DNA from: Parachlamydiales bacterium
GTDB taxonomy: Bacteria; Chlamydiota; Chlamydiia; Chlamydiales; Parachlamydiaceae
NCBI GenBank assembly: GCA_020051075.1
Contig: JAGVJP010000082.1
Location: 1 to 41,433, forward strand
Length of the DNA: 41,433 bases
Direction: 5' to 3'
In this document: piece by piece, positions 18,773 to 29,113 of the stretch
How positions within the stretch are numbered: the stretch's first letter is position 1
How the letters are laid out: the number at the start of each line of letters is the position of its first letter
Program-made: the position numbers and the translations under genes
Notes under the pieces: model-generated
Databases searched by the model: none
What the model saw: only the letters and a program-made list of their open reading frames with translations
What the model was told of the DNA's origin: nothing

Positions 18773-20008
18773 ATGTTTACCAAAGAAAATAAATACTTAT
18801 TCCTCATCACCGTTATTTTCATCGCGGCTTGCATCGAAACAGATATCTATTTGCCGGCTTTTCCCGATATGATGAATTTTTTTTCTGTTTCAGAAGATAA
18901 AATTCAAAGTCTTCTCACATGGAACTTCATCGGAATGTGCCTTTCTTGTCCATTTTATGGACCGATTTCAGATGCCATTGGACGGAGAACCCCCCTTAAC
19001 TTTGCCCTTGCCCTTTTTTTAGGGGGAAGTTTAATCACCCTTTTTGCATCTAGTTTTGATTTCATGCTCTTCGGAAGAGTTTTACAAGGACTTGGAAGCG
19101 GTGGCTGCTTCACTCTTGGCACAGCTGTCATTTTCGATGCTTTCGATGAAGAGAAAGCGATGAAGGTGACAAATAAGTTAAACACTATCATTCCTTTTAT
19201 CATGGCGTTCGCCCCGATGTTAGGAGGATATCTCAACTATGCTTTTGGTTTTCGCTCAAATTTTTTAACGATTACACTTTTTGTGTTGTTTAGTTTTATC
19301 GTTTGTTTCTTTTGGTTTGATGAGACCCTTACGACAGAAAAGAAAATTAAGTTGAATCGCAAAAAACTCTTAGAAGATTTTCAACGCGTTCTTTTTAGTT
19401 CAAATTTTTGGCAGATTAATTTGGTGATTAGCCTCGTTTTTGGAGGTTATCTAGCTTTTCTGGCCGGTGCCTCGGTGTTATTTGTGATTGAACTAGGGGT
19501 TTCTAAAGAAGCGCTTCCATTTTTCCAAGCTTCTCTACTCGGTGCTTGGCTAGTGGCAAACTTAGTCTTTAATCGATTGCTGACAAAATGGGGAGCTCGT
19601 TCCCTTAAAAAGATTGCAACTTGTTTAGTCCTCATTGGTGGCGTGGGAATCCCTTTAGCCGCCTATTTAGACCCGTCAAGCCCCTATCTCGCTACTCAGT
19701 TTATGATGATCTATAGCTTTGGCTCTAATTGGTTGTTTGGGCTCTATTTTCCAGAAGGGATGCAGCTCTTCCCTGACATCAAAGGTGTTTCTGCAAGCCT
19801 GTTTACGAGCATTCGCTTGTTTCTCGTTGCCCTAATCATAGGGTTGTCAAGTTTCTTATATGACAAGACAATTTATCCTATCGCTGGCCTAATCTTCGGT
19901 TTAAGTATGATTGCGAGCCTCTGTGTTTTCCTCTACGAAAGAAGAAAATTGGCAAACACTGCCTCTCTTGAGAATACTCAAGCTACAGCGGCATCAAGTC
20001 AAAATTAA
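18773..20008 (+). CDS. Bcr/CflA-family MFS drug efflux transporter
   Basis: DIYLPAFP, GPISDAIGRR, GRVLQGLG and about 12 TM segments. Confidence 0.9.
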   Translation: MFTKENKYLFLITVIFIAACIETDIYLPAFPDMMNFFSVSEDKIQSLLTWNFIGMCLSCPFYGPISDAIGRRTPLNFALALFLGGSLITLFASSFDFMLFGRVLQGLGSGGCFTLGTAVIFDAFDEEKAMKVTNKLNTIIPFIMAFAPMLGGYLNYAFGFRSNFLTITLFVLFSFIVCFFWFDETLTTEKKIKLNRKKLLEDFQRVLFSSNFWQINLVISLVFGGYLAFLAGASVLFVIELGVSKEALPFFQASLLGAWLVANLVFNRLLTKWGARSLKKIATCLVLIGGVGIPLAAYLDPSSPYLATQFMMIYSFGSNWLFGLYFPEGMQLFPDIKGVSASLFTSIRLFLVALIIGLSSFLYDKTIYPIAGLIFGLSMIASLCVFLYERRKLANTASLENTQATAASSQN

Positions 20009-20124
20009 TCATCTGCGCTAATTTTAAAAAAATATTTGACAACAATTTTTTAGTAGAAATATGATGCAAAAAAATCAATGATTCATTCTGAAGATTTTTT
20101 TTAACACTCAACAAAGGTTTTACT

Positions 20125-20628
20125 ATGAAAATATTTGCTATGCTATGCACGATTTTGTTGCCTTTCCTTACCCATGCTGAGTTTAAGCTCTGTGATTTTG
20201 AGGGGAATTACACAACTTACTCTTCTTCTGCAGGGGGAATAACAGTCCCGGATTCTGATAACGCATCAGTCACTGTAATCTCTCAACTCACCATCGACAA
20301 ACAAGGCAATGGCAAGATCAATTTTCTTAGTTCATCATTATACTCTACTCCAGATGTTCTTACATCAATTCAGTCCACAAATTTACCACTTAAGTTAACA
20401 CTGACAGATCCTTGTAACGGTATTGGTAAATTACTCATATTCGGAATTCCCGAAACAGGATTAGTGACAGAGTATGATGTTATCGCAACAAAATCCCATC
20501 AGCGATTAGGAAGAAATAGAGGACGTGTGACCGATATGTTGTTCAATGTAATAGGAATTACTAATGCTGATAGTGGTGTCCCAGTTGTCATTAAAAACAC
20601 TCGATTAGTTATCGTAAAACGACAGTAG
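20125..20628 (+). CDS. Exported beta-rich hypothetical protein
   Basis: Signal peptide ending THA. Upstream TTGACA-N18-TATGAT (20036-20065). Confidence 0.7.
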   Translation: MKIFAMLCTILLPFLTHAEFKLCDFEGNYTTYSSSAGGITVPDSDNASVTVISQLTIDKQGNGKINFLSSSLYSTPDVLTSIQSTNLPLKLTLTDPCNGIGKLLIFGIPETGLVTEYDVIATKSHQRLGRNRGRVTDMLFNVIGITNADSGVPVVIKNTRLVIVKRQ

Positions 20629-20700
20629 TAATGAATAAATTATAGACTCTTTTCAATTAAAGTATTAAATGAGAAATACCAAAAGGCTGAATGATAGGAG

Positions 20701-21285
20701 ATGTATATGACAGAAGATTTAGATTCAAAACCTTCAAAAACCTATTTAGGTGAAAAACGGTTCAAGGAAAACTGGTTATCGTTTTTCATTCTGGGAATCA
20801 TCCTAGTCATTTTGGGTGGTTTGGCTATTGTTGGCGCAAATTTTGTCACTTTAACTTCTATCGTTTTCTTCGGTATCTTGCTAACTGTCGGCGGTTTCTT
20901 GCAAATTCTGTATGCCTTTTGGGCGAGAAAGGAGCAAGGTTTCGCACAAACAATTCTCTCAGGGATATTTTATTCAACAGTGGGTGTGATCATGCTGACA
21001 CATCCCACTGTTGGAGCCATTGCCGTCACCTTACTCCTTGCCTCTTTTTATATTGTCAGTGGGTTGTTTAAGATCGTTGCCAGCCTGGCAACCCCTATGA
21101 TTCAATGGAAATGGCTTCTCATCAGCGGTGTGATCTCTCTTCTACTAGGAATCTTTATTTGGTCAGAATGGACCACCTTAAGTTTATGGATGATCGGTCT
21201 GTTTATTGGCATAGACCTCATCTTTGTGGGGTGGTTTTGGATCATGTTAAGTTTGACGGCTAGAAATCTGCCAACAAAGCAATAA
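20701..21285 (+). CDS. HdeD/DUF308 family membrane protein
   Basis: Six TM segments with a W..F..LG and GLFIGIDLIF.GW pattern. Confidence 0.85.
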   Translation: MYMTEDLDSKPSKTYLGEKRFKENWLSFFILGIILVILGGLAIVGANFVTLTSIVFFGILLTVGGFLQILYAFWARKEQGFAQTILSGIFYSTVGVIMLTHPTVGAIAVTLLLASFYIVSGLFKIVASLATPMIQWKWLLISGVISLLLGIFIWSEWTTLSLWMIGLFIGIDLIFVGWFWIMLSLTARNLPTKQ

Positions 21286-21320
21286 CAATCTCCCAACTAT
21301 CTATAAAACCAACCTATTCC

Positions 21321-21501
21321 CAGCATAGAAAAACAGGATAGGCAAAAGGACAAAATAAGATAAGCAAGATCGCAAGCGGCAGGATAAGCAAGATAGTGAT
21401 GATAAAATTAAGATAGTTTTTTCTTTATTTTTTTTGCCATGTTCGTGCGAGTTGTCTTATTTATCCTGCCCCTTGTGATCCTGCCTATCCTGTTCTCTAT
21501 G
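21321..21501. repeat. Family-A inverted-repeat element
   Basis: cagcatagaaaaacaggataggcaaaaggaca...gatcgcaagcggcaggataagcaagatagtga ... tatcctgcc...gatcctgcctatcctgttctctatg. Confidence 0.9.
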
Positions 21502-21657
21502 TTTTTGAGAGGGGTATCGTAGTCCAATGCGTATGCCTCTCTATCGTGATCTTGCAATCTTGTCTGCCCGCATATTTGTTGGTTGAATTTTCTATCCTTT
21601 TTTTGGTGTTATCTGGTAGTTTAAAAAAATGTTTAAACACCCAAAAAAGGAATTAAT

Positions 21658-21924
21658 ATGGAAAACCACTCACACGATAAAAATGAAAAACAATGCTGCA
21701 GCACCGATAGAAAGTGCTGTTTTGGAAGTCCCAAATGCGCTTTGATATTTGCAGCTGTCTTGTTCGGTATTGTTTCACTGGTCCACTTGTATAGATTTTT
21801 CTTTTTCTTTCCAGTCACCATAGGAACTGTAGCAGTCGCTCCAGGAGTAAGCATCGGTGCTTTTATTATATTTGGATTATTGTCCATTTGGATGTTTTGT
21901 GCTGCACGCAAAATATCAAAATAA
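21658..21924 (+). CDS. Small two-TM membrane protein with a Cys-rich N-terminus
   Basis: AAGGA RBS and two hydrophobic helices. Sits at the head of the efflux operon. Confidence 0.7.
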   Translation: MENHSHDKNEKQCCSTDRKCCFGSPKCALIFAAVLFGIVSLVHLYRFFFFFPVTIGTVAVAPGVSIGAFIIFGLLSIWMFCAARKISK

Positions 21925-21946
21925 TTGATTAAGAGGTTATCTTGAA

Positions 21947-23416
21947 GTGCCATTTCTAAGTTTGATAGCTTTTGGGATTCTATTTTTCCTATCCTCTTGC
22001 TACATAGCTATGCCAAAAAGCGAACAAACAAAAAATCTCTTACCTCCCCCTAGCCTTGACAGCTCTGTTGAGGCTAGTGTGCAAACCCCTTTTTTCAGTG
22101 TGGGAGATTGGCCGGATGAAAACTGGTGGGAGGTGTTTAATTCTCCACAGCTCAACAGCTTAATCGCACAAGCTTTAGATCAAAATCCCACTTTGAAGGA
22201 AGTGCAGAGCAAGATCGATTTTGCTAAACAAGAAGCAATCGTTGCCCGCTCGCGGCTATACCCTTTCATTTCCTTTGACGGCGATATTATCAAAACATAT
22301 TTAAGTCGGACTGGTTTATATAGAGCGTTTAACCCTAAGCTTCCCCTGAATGCTCAAGTGATTTATCTTTCCCTCTCATTGGAATATGAGTTTGATTTTT
22401 GGGGAAAAAATTACAATATATTCTCAGCTAGCATTGGAGAGGTTTTAGCAAATCAGGCTCAGGCAGCTCAAGTCAGATTGATCGTTACAACATCTATCGC
22501 TGAGGCCTATTTTGGATTAAAGGCCAATCTATTGCGAAGACAGCTGTATCATGCTCTTTACAAAACTCAACAGGATACCTTCGATTTGCAACGGTTTTTG
22601 GAAGAAAATGCCTTGTCATCCAGACTCGATCCGCTGCTCATCCAAGAAGAGGTTTTTGAGATCAAAAAATTACTCTCAAGCATTGAGAATGAAATTACAC
22701 TGTCCAAGCATCTGATCAATTTTTTGATGGGCAGGGGGCCGGATGAACCGTTGGACGTCGATTCACTCATGCCCCCATTGCCTCCAACGATTTCTGTGCC
22801 TGACAACTTAACCCTTGATTTGCTAGCGCGCCGCCCTGATCTCATGGCTCAAATTTGGAGGGCGAAGGCCTTGGCATATCAAGTTGGAGCAGCAAAGGCC
22901 GATTTTTACCCTGATATTAGCCTCAAAGGGCTTGTCGGATTGGAAAGCGTTCTGTTCACTAACTTCTTTAATTGGGAAAATAAAACCTATCAAATCCAAC
23001 CTGCCTTTCATCTTCCAATCTTTACAGCAGGTGCCATTGAAGCTAACGTTGAAGCACATAAATCAGCTTTCGAAGAAGCTATCTTTGAATACAATAATTT
23101 AATTTTGTCAAGTGCTCAAGAAGTCGCGGATTTGCTCTCGTTAGCTCTATCAATCTTTGAGCAAAAATTAGAACAAGATTTCATTCTCGAGAATGCTAAA
23201 GCCCGTTATTGGCTCACTAAAATGCGCAAACAAGCAGGTTTGGATAGTCGTTTTAATGAATTGCGTATGGAGATCGAATTAGTGAATAAACAAATTGAAA
23301 ATGTCAATTTGTTATATGGTCAGTATCTAGCAACGATTAAATTAATCAAAGCATTAGGCGGCGGTTATTATTCCGACTATTGTATCCCGTTGCAGGCAGT
23401 TGGAGAATGTGAATGA
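21947..23416 (+). CDS. NodT/TolC-family outer-membrane efflux lipoprotein
   Basis: Lipobox LSSC, WWEVF, EFDFWGK, LLARRPD, LPIFTAG, LIKALGGG. Confidence 0.92.
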   Translation: MPFLSLIAFGILFFLSSCYIAMPKSEQTKNLLPPPSLDSSVEASVQTPFFSVGDWPDENWWEVFNSPQLNSLIAQALDQNPTLKEVQSKIDFAKQEAIVARSRLYPFISFDGDIIKTYLSRTGLYRAFNPKLPLNAQVIYLSLSLEYEFDFWGKNYNIFSASIGEVLANQAQAAQVRLIVTTSIAEAYFGLKANLLRRQLYHALYKTQQDTFDLQRFLEENALSSRLDPLLIQEEVFEIKKLLSSIENEITLSKHLINFLMGRGPDEPLDVDSLMPPLPPTISVPDNLTLDLLARRPDLMAQIWRAKALAYQVGAAKADFYPDISLKGLVGLESVLFTNFFNWENKTYQIQPAFHLPIFTAGAIEANVEAHKSAFEEAIFEYNNLILSSAQEVADLLSLALSIFEQKLEQDFILENAKARYWLTKMRKQAGLDSRFNELRMEIELVNKQIENVNLLYGQYLATIKLIKALGGGYYSDYCIPLQAVGECE

Positions 23417-24723
23417 GTTCTAATCCCTCTTCAGAACATAAACCTGTCGCAGAACAGGTGCCCCCTTCAGAACATCTACGTGCTGAAAAACAAGCAGAAA
23501 TGAAAAAGAAGCGAAAGAAGATGTCAATAGGTTTTTGGCTGATCATCATTCTCCTGATAGTTCTAGGATGTCTTCTTTGGATTTTTTTTCTCCAATACCG
23601 TGTTTATACTGACGACGCGTATGTTGAGGGCAATCAAATTTATATCACCCCATTGAAATCAGGATTTATTACAGCCATTCATACTGATGACACCTTTTTG
23701 GTCAAACAAGGACAGCTTCTTATTGAACTTGATTCGACAGATGCCAAAATTGCTTTGGAACAAGCCAAACAGCAGCTGGCGAATGAGGTGAGGGAAGTTT
23801 GCCAGGCTTTTCACCAAGTTTTTGCCTATAAAGCAGAAATGGAAACACGCAAAGCTGAACTCATCCGTACAGCTCAGGATTACCAACATAGGGAAGATGT
23901 GCTGGCAGTTGCTGGAGTGTCTTTAGAAGACTATGAACATGCTGTAGCAGCTTTAAGAGTTGGATATTATTCCTTAAAATCAACTGAATCCCATTATGAA
24001 CAAGCTTTAGCCCTTGTGCGGGGGACTGCGATAAGAACGCATCCGCGTGTGTTAGCAAGAGCAGACCAGTTGCGTAATATGTGGGTGCAGCTGTATCGGA
24101 CTAAAATATATGCTCCTGTGGAAGGCTTGGTCGCCCAAAGAAAAATACAGGTGGGAATGTGGGTGGATGAAGGACAACCGTTGATGAGTGTTATCCCGTT
24201 AGACCAAATCTGGGTGAATGCCAATTACAAAGAAACCCAAATGAAACATATGAAAATCGGACAAAAAGTGCGAATCACTTCAGATTTGTATGGATGGGAT
24301 GTCGTCTATAATGGAGTGATTGTTGGGCTTCCTGGGGCTGCTGGAAATGCGTTTTCTTTGCTTCCACCTCAGAATTTATCAGGCAACTGGATCAAAATTG
24401 TTCAACGCTTACCTGTACGGGTGGAATTAGATCCTGAAGAAATCAAAAAATACCCTCTTCGCATTGGCCTCTCATTAGAAGCTATTGTGGATTTGCATGA
24501 TCAAGATGGACTATTGGTCCCCACAACATCAAAAGGATCTCCCACTTATCAAACCTCGATTTATAAACTAGAAGAAGTTGGCGATAGCGCGTTTATCGAA
24601 ACGATCATAGAGGAGAATTTAGACCCCTTGCTCTTGCAATATGCTGATCAACCACTCTACCTTCAAAAAGAGGACACCGACGAAAAGATAAATATGTGCT
24701 TATCTCGCATAGGAATTTTGTGA
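23413..24723 (+). CDS. emrA: EmrA-type membrane fusion protein
   Basis: TDDAYVEGN, WVNANYKET, FSLLPPQNLSGNWIKIVQRLPVR. Confidence 0.9.
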   Translation: MSSNPSSEHKPVAEQVPPSEHLRAEKQAEMKKKRKKMSIGFWLIIILLIVLGCLLWIFFLQYRVYTDDAYVEGNQIYITPLKSGFITAIHTDDTFLVKQGQLLIELDSTDAKIALEQAKQQLANEVREVCQAFHQVFAYKAEMETRKAELIRTAQDYQHREDVLAVAGVSLEDYEHAVAALRVGYYSLKSTESHYEQALALVRGTAIRTHPRVLARADQLRNMWVQLYRTKIYAPVEGLVAQRKIQVGMWVDEGQPLMSVIPLDQIWVNANYKETQMKHMKIGQKVRITSDLYGWDVVYNGVIVGLPGAAGNAFSLLPPQNLSGNWIKIVQRLPVRVELDPEEIKKYPLRIGLSLEAIVDLHDQDGLLVPTTSKGSPTYQTSIYKLEEVGDSAFIETIIEENLDPLLLQYADQPLYLQKEDTDEKINMCLSRIGIL

Positions 24724-24763
24724 ATAGTTGCGAAAATGATTTTTTCAATTGGCGTAAAAACAA

Positions 24764-26284
24764 ATGACTCCAAAAGCCTCTAATTCTACCTTTGCAGCTC
24801 TCTTTTCAGTCCTTATATTGGTGACTTTTTCGTTCACCATGACCCTGATGGGGTCCGTATATATTGTCAGCGATTTGGGAGGCAGTACAGATATTGCGAT
24901 TTATACCATTTGCTTTTTTGGCCTTGGCAATATATTAGGAATTCCTTTAGCTCGATCCCTTTCGCATAAATATGGGACTGTAAAGCTGCTTTACATCTGC
25001 TTGCATCTGTTTGCCATTTCATCACTTTTGGCTGGATTATCGACAAATTTTTTTGAGTTTTTAACTCTCAGATTAATTCAGGGGGTTGTTTCCGGTCCGT
25101 TCTATGTTTTAACAAATCAATTATTTGCCGGATTGACTCCTCAGGAGCGAAAACCTCTTTTCACAACGATATTACTGACAATCTATGCCAATGTGCCAAT
25201 TTTAGGAGCCTGCTGGGGAGGGTGGCTGGCCTATGATTTTAGCTGGAGAGCTCCTTTTTTTATTAACGCCGTCATTATTTTCATCTTAGCATGGTTGATC
25301 CAACGCGCTTTACACGATTATCAGCCTGAAATAGAGGCTCACAAATTTGATGGAATTGGATATCTCTTTTATACTCTAGCTGTGTTTTGTTTGGGCTTTG
25401 TGGTCATCACAGGACAGGAGCTTGATTGGCTGCGCTCATCATTGATTGTTACGTTTATCCTATTGGGGACCGGGAGTTTCATCTACTTTCTTCTGTGGAG
25501 CCGATATCACCCCTACCCCCTTTTTGATCTAGCCCTTTTTGATGAACCTCTATTTGCTTTTGGGATGATCAATCTGATTTTACTTTTTTCTAGTTATTTT
25601 GGGATCGTGGTTCTTTTAGCTTTATGGTTAAGCATAGATGTTAACTACACCCCTTTATGGATAGGGGTGCTTCTGGGCATTATGGTTGTAGCTGGAATTA
25701 TTCCTTCTATTTTATTAGGGAGAAGACTTGGAAAAACTGATGCCCGCATCCCTTTAGCTATCGCTTTGATCTGTTTAGCGATTTCATGTTTTCACACAAC
25801 CTGGTTTAATCAATATATCGATTTCGAAAGAATAGCCCTCTCACGGATTCTAGCAGGATTTGGATTAGCTCTTTTTCTACCCCCCATTTTTCGTTTATGC
25901 TTTCATAGCTTTGCGGAAGAAAAATTGATTCGCGTGATGGAATTATTCCAGATAGGACGTGTGTTAGCCTCTGTGACTGGCGGAAGCCTTTACGTGATAT
26001 TGTGGCATCGCAGAAAAATTTTCTACCACGATCGTTATGGAAGCACTCTAACACCATTTTCTGAAAAGACAACACAATTTTTTTCTGACATTAAAACTTT
26101 CCACATCTCAGGACAAGCAGCTGATGCTCAATTAGACGTTTTCTTAGGAAATCAGTCGACAGCTTTTGCATTGGACGATTGTTTTCTATTAATGGGATGG
26201 ATCTTGATTGGGTTGCTCGTTATCCTACTCTCCACGTTATTTTGGAAGGACAAAACATTTGCGCCGGAAAACCGGTCAGTATAG
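24764..26284 (+). CDS. emrB: EmrB/DHA2 MFS efflux transporter
   Basis: About 14 TM segments, RLIQG, WRAPFFIN, GQELDW. Follows emrA. Confidence 0.85.
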   Translation: MTPKASNSTFAALFSVLILVTFSFTMTLMGSVYIVSDLGGSTDIAIYTICFFGLGNILGIPLARSLSHKYGTVKLLYICLHLFAISSLLAGLSTNFFEFLTLRLIQGVVSGPFYVLTNQLFAGLTPQERKPLFTTILLTIYANVPILGACWGGWLAYDFSWRAPFFINAVIIFILAWLIQRALHDYQPEIEAHKFDGIGYLFYTLAVFCLGFVVITGQELDWLRSSLIVTFILLGTGSFIYFLLWSRYHPYPLFDLALFDEPLFAFGMINLILLFSSYFGIVVLLALWLSIDVNYTPLWIGVLLGIMVVAGIIPSILLGRRLGKTDARIPLAIALICLAISCFHTTWFNQYIDFERIALSRILAGFGLALFLPPIFRLCFHSFAEEKLIRVMELFQIGRVLASVTGGSLYVILWHRRKIFYHDRYGSTLTPFSEKTTQFFSDIKTFHISGQAADAQLDVFLGNQSTAFALDDCFLLMGWILIGLLVILLSTLFWKDKTFAPENRSV

Positions 26285-26285
26285 G

Positions 26286-26357
26286 CCAACAGGATGGGCG
26301 AAAGACACAGTTTACCAGCATAGAAAAACAGGATAAGAAGGATGGGCAAGATCGCTT
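26286..26357 (+). repeat. Family-A element left end
   Basis: ccaacaggatggg...cagcatagaaaaacaggataagaaggatgggcaagatcgc begins 2 bp after the emrB stop. Confidence 0.85.
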
Positions 26358-26617
26358 CCTTGATTGGGAATACGTATATCTGTAAGGACCATCATGAAAG
26401 GATGGGCCCCACTAATATTATCCATTCCAGTTTCTTCCTTTATCTCCCGGGAGAGTGCTTCTAATTGAGACTCTCCTCTTTGCAGTCTGCCTCCAGGAAG
26501 GTCCCAATACATTCCTTTGGAAGGGTGATGCCTCTCCAGTAAAAGTAATTCCTTATCCTGATTGATCACTAATGCTTTCACTCCCAAATGAAAGCAATCT
26601 TCCTGATATTTTTTCAT
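26312..26617 (-). pseudogene. NUDIX hydrolase, C-terminally truncated by the repeat element
   Basis: Nudix box GGRLQRGESQLEALSREIKEETG. The last ~14 codons and the stop are read from the family-A repeat. Likely start is ATG 26617. Confidence 0.75.
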
Positions 26618-26749
26618 AGAGATCCCAATAGTTTTTTCACAGCCTCTGACGTCCACTGATTTTAAAATCTAATTCTTTTGTAAACCAGAAAATTCTCTGT
26701 CTCAGGATGATTGCCAACTTGAAATGGACGGACAGAGGTCATTGTCTCA

Positions 26750-26774
26750 CATAGTCCATATAGTCCATATAGTC
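26750..26774. repeat. Family-D 9-bp tandem repeat
   Basis: catagtccatatagtccatatagtc has the same gtccata core as 13669-13735. Confidence 0.7.
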
Positions 26775-26860
26775 TTGTGTTCTCTTCTTTCAGTTTTTTT
26801 TGGAAGTTTAATGGATGTAAATCGGTTTTACATTTGTTTTCTAGTTCTTCACTATCCTGT

Positions 26861-27430
26861 CTATCCTGTTTGGGCGGCTTTCTTGATCAGTTGAGCAGCT
26901 CGTTTATAAGGAGAGACGGTGTTTACTCTAATCCACTTGCTTAATGGCCAGTGTTTGCCAGAAGAGAGTGTGCACCAGGTCCAAACGTTGGTTTGGTCTA
27001 ATCGATTGGCTTGATGTTCAGTCTCGACAATTTCGAGAAGAGTAGAGACAACTTCCTGGAAGACCTTCATTTGTTCATTGAGGCCATCATAATGATATTT
27101 TTTATAAAAATGATGAGCGATTGCGGTATAGTTCCACGTAGAAAATCCTTCTCCAGGTAGTTCAGGATTTTCTCCGCGCATTCCAGCTTCATACCACTGA
27201 ATGACGCATTTCCCCCACCCAATTTGATAGGCGATAAGATCTGATGCACTGACTTTTCCACCCGTCGCATCGATCACCTTTAAAGTTCGTACAGAGGTGG
27301 GGAGTATATTCAAAGCTTTGATCAACCGGTCATACGCACACCGAATTTCTTGATCTAAAGGAGGCTCCCCTGCTTGCCCGTCTTTAGGCTTATTAATCTG
27401 GTTTTCTTGGTCATTCCTTTTCATTTTCAA
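26861..27430 (-). CDS. ClbS/DfsB (DUF1706) family four-helix bundle protein
   Basis: DLIAYQIGWG, P.EGF.TWN..A..FY and WPLSKWIRVNTVSPY. Start position uncertain. Confidence 0.8.
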   Translation of the reverse strand: MKMKRNDQENQINKPKDGQAGEPPLDQEIRCAYDRLIKALNILPTSVRTLKVIDATGGKVSASDLIAYQIGWGKCVIQWYEAGMRGENPELPGEGFSTWNYTAIAHHFYKKYHYDGLNEQMKVFQEVVSTLLEIVETEHQANRLDQTNVWTWCTLSSGKHWPLSKWIRVNTVSPYKRAAQLIKKAAQTG

Positions 27431-27569
27431 GTTTCCATTCTTCGTTCATTATATGTTATAGTATAGAGCTTCTTTGAAAAACAATTGGAATAGTATAAAG
27501 AGAACAGAATTTATTGGTTCATGAAAATTTGTTATGTTGTCTTAAACAGCCTCGAAGGCTTACTGAGGA

Positions 27570-28316
27570 TTGATGATGAAATTATTGGGTAAAAAAGCAA
27601 TAGTCACGGGAGCCAATAAAAGTATTGGAAAAGCGATTGCTATTGCATTTGCTGAACAAGGTGCGGATGTCGTGATTAGCTATCGCTCGGATGAAAAGGG
27701 GGCCGAAGAAACGGTTCAAGCGATAAAAGACATTGGTCGTTTGAGTCAGGCAATTTATGCGGACTTTATTGACGTCAAAGAGGCCGAGGGATTTTTCAAA
27801 CAAGCAGTAGATTTTCTAGGCCATGTTGACATTCTAGTCAATAACGCTGCAGGGTATGACACGAGCACTTTTCTTGATTTAAGTACCGAAAGTCTTGAAT
27901 ATCTTCTGAGGGTAGGTGTCATGACACCAATGCTTCTGACTCAATTAGCGGCTAGGCATATGATTCAAGAAAATATATCGGGGAAAATCATCAATATTTC
28001 TTCGATCTCTGGAAACCGCCCCTATCCGCATCGAGTGGCGAATTCGACTGCAAAAAGCGCGTTGAATATGTTAACGCAAAGCGCAGCTCTTGAATTAGCT
28101 CTCTATAACATCCGAGTGAATGCCATCGCACCAGGAACAACACCTTATGATGAATCGACCATATTCGAAAGTTCTGTTATGGAAGGGATTCCTCTAAAAA
28201 GAGCGGGGACAGCGAGAGATCAAGCCAGTGCGGCTATCTATCTTGCATCTGATGACTCCTCGTGGGTAACAGGGCATATTTTGACTGTTGATGGCGGGCA
28301 ATCTTTATCTTTTTAA
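27570..28316 (+). CDS. Short-chain dehydrogenase/reductase
   Basis: TGANKSIG, VNNA, NISS, VNAIAPG, VDGG. The catalytic YxxxK reads NSTAK, so the Tyr is absent. Confidence 0.9.
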   Translation: MMMKLLGKKAIVTGANKSIGKAIAIAFAEQGADVVISYRSDEKGAEETVQAIKDIGRLSQAIYADFIDVKEAEGFFKQAVDFLGHVDILVNNAAGYDTSTFLDLSTESLEYLLRVGVMTPMLLTQLAARHMIQENISGKIINISSISGNRPYPHRVANSTAKSALNMLTQSAALELALYNIRVNAIAPGTTPYDESTIFESSVMEGIPLKRAGTARDQASAAIYLASDDSSWVTGHILTVDGGQSLSF

Positions 28317-28344
28317 GCCATACGAATTAGGTTGTTGAGAATAT

Positions 28345-29073
28345 TCAGGCTAAAAACACATGGACCATCAAGTCTGCTGTCAAATGAGCGACCATGGCAG
28401 CCCATATCCCTCTAGAAAAGTATAGCCAACCAAAAATCATTCCTGGGATTCCGTTAAGAAGGAGAATGCGAAAAATTTCGAAGGCTGAGGGAGAGATCAG
28501 CTTAAAAGCGGCTGGTAAATGGCCAAGTCCAAAAAAGATAGCGACAATGACGTTTACAACCCACAGAAACCATAATCGAGAATGAGCCGTGATCTGAAAA
28601 AGCTTTGTAAAAATAAAATAGACAAAGGTGAATAAAAACAATCGCATCAATACCTCTTCATTCACCGCCCCATAAATTGAAGCTAAAGCTCCGACCCAAC
28701 GTGGAGGATGGGCTTCTGAAAGGAGAGAATTTTGGAAAATAGATTTATCTAGAAAATAAATAATCAACCCAACTAATGCTCCTGAAATGCCGCTCGTGAG
28801 AATGATCTGTTTGAACGTGTCTTTAACAACAAAGGGCTCTAAGTCAGTTTTTGGGATGGTTTTATAACTCAAAAAACAAACAAAACCAAAAAAAAGAGCT
28901 GGTTGGATTGTGCTCATAAGAAATATTTCAAGGACAGACTGTGAAGAAGGAAAAATTTTCAAATATTGGATGTAAGGAATGATCGCCCAAGAGCCGACAA
29001 TGCAAAGAAACCAGAGGATTAAATAAGGAGTTTTAGAAGGCTTGTCGAGATGCTTTGCAGGAGAATTTTCCAT
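28345..29073 (-). CDS. CPBP (CAAX protease/Abi) family intramembrane metalloprotease
   Basis: EEVLMR, FGLGH and AMVAH motifs. Confidence 0.88.
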   Translation of the reverse strand: MENSPAKHLDKPSKTPYLILWFLCIVGSWAIIPYIQYLKIFPSSQSVLEIFLMSTIQPALFFGFVCFLSYKTIPKTDLEPFVVKDTFKQIILTSGISGALVGLIIYFLDKSIFQNSLLSEAHPPRWVGALASIYGAVNEEVLMRLFLFTFVYFIFTKLFQITAHSRLWFLWVVNVIVAIFFGLGHLPAAFKLISPSAFEIFRILLLNGIPGMIFGWLYFSRGIWAAMVAHLTADLMVHVFLA

Positions 29074-29113
29074 TTAATAAACCTCATTTGTTTGTGACTG
29101 TCTAATGGCTGAC

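Noticed and set aside
27514..27545. dif/Xer-like site (ggttcatgaaaatttgttatgttgtc)
   Set aside because: The XerD-like arm is partial and the spacing is off. A dif site is also unexpected this close to a candidate origin; more likely promoter sequence.
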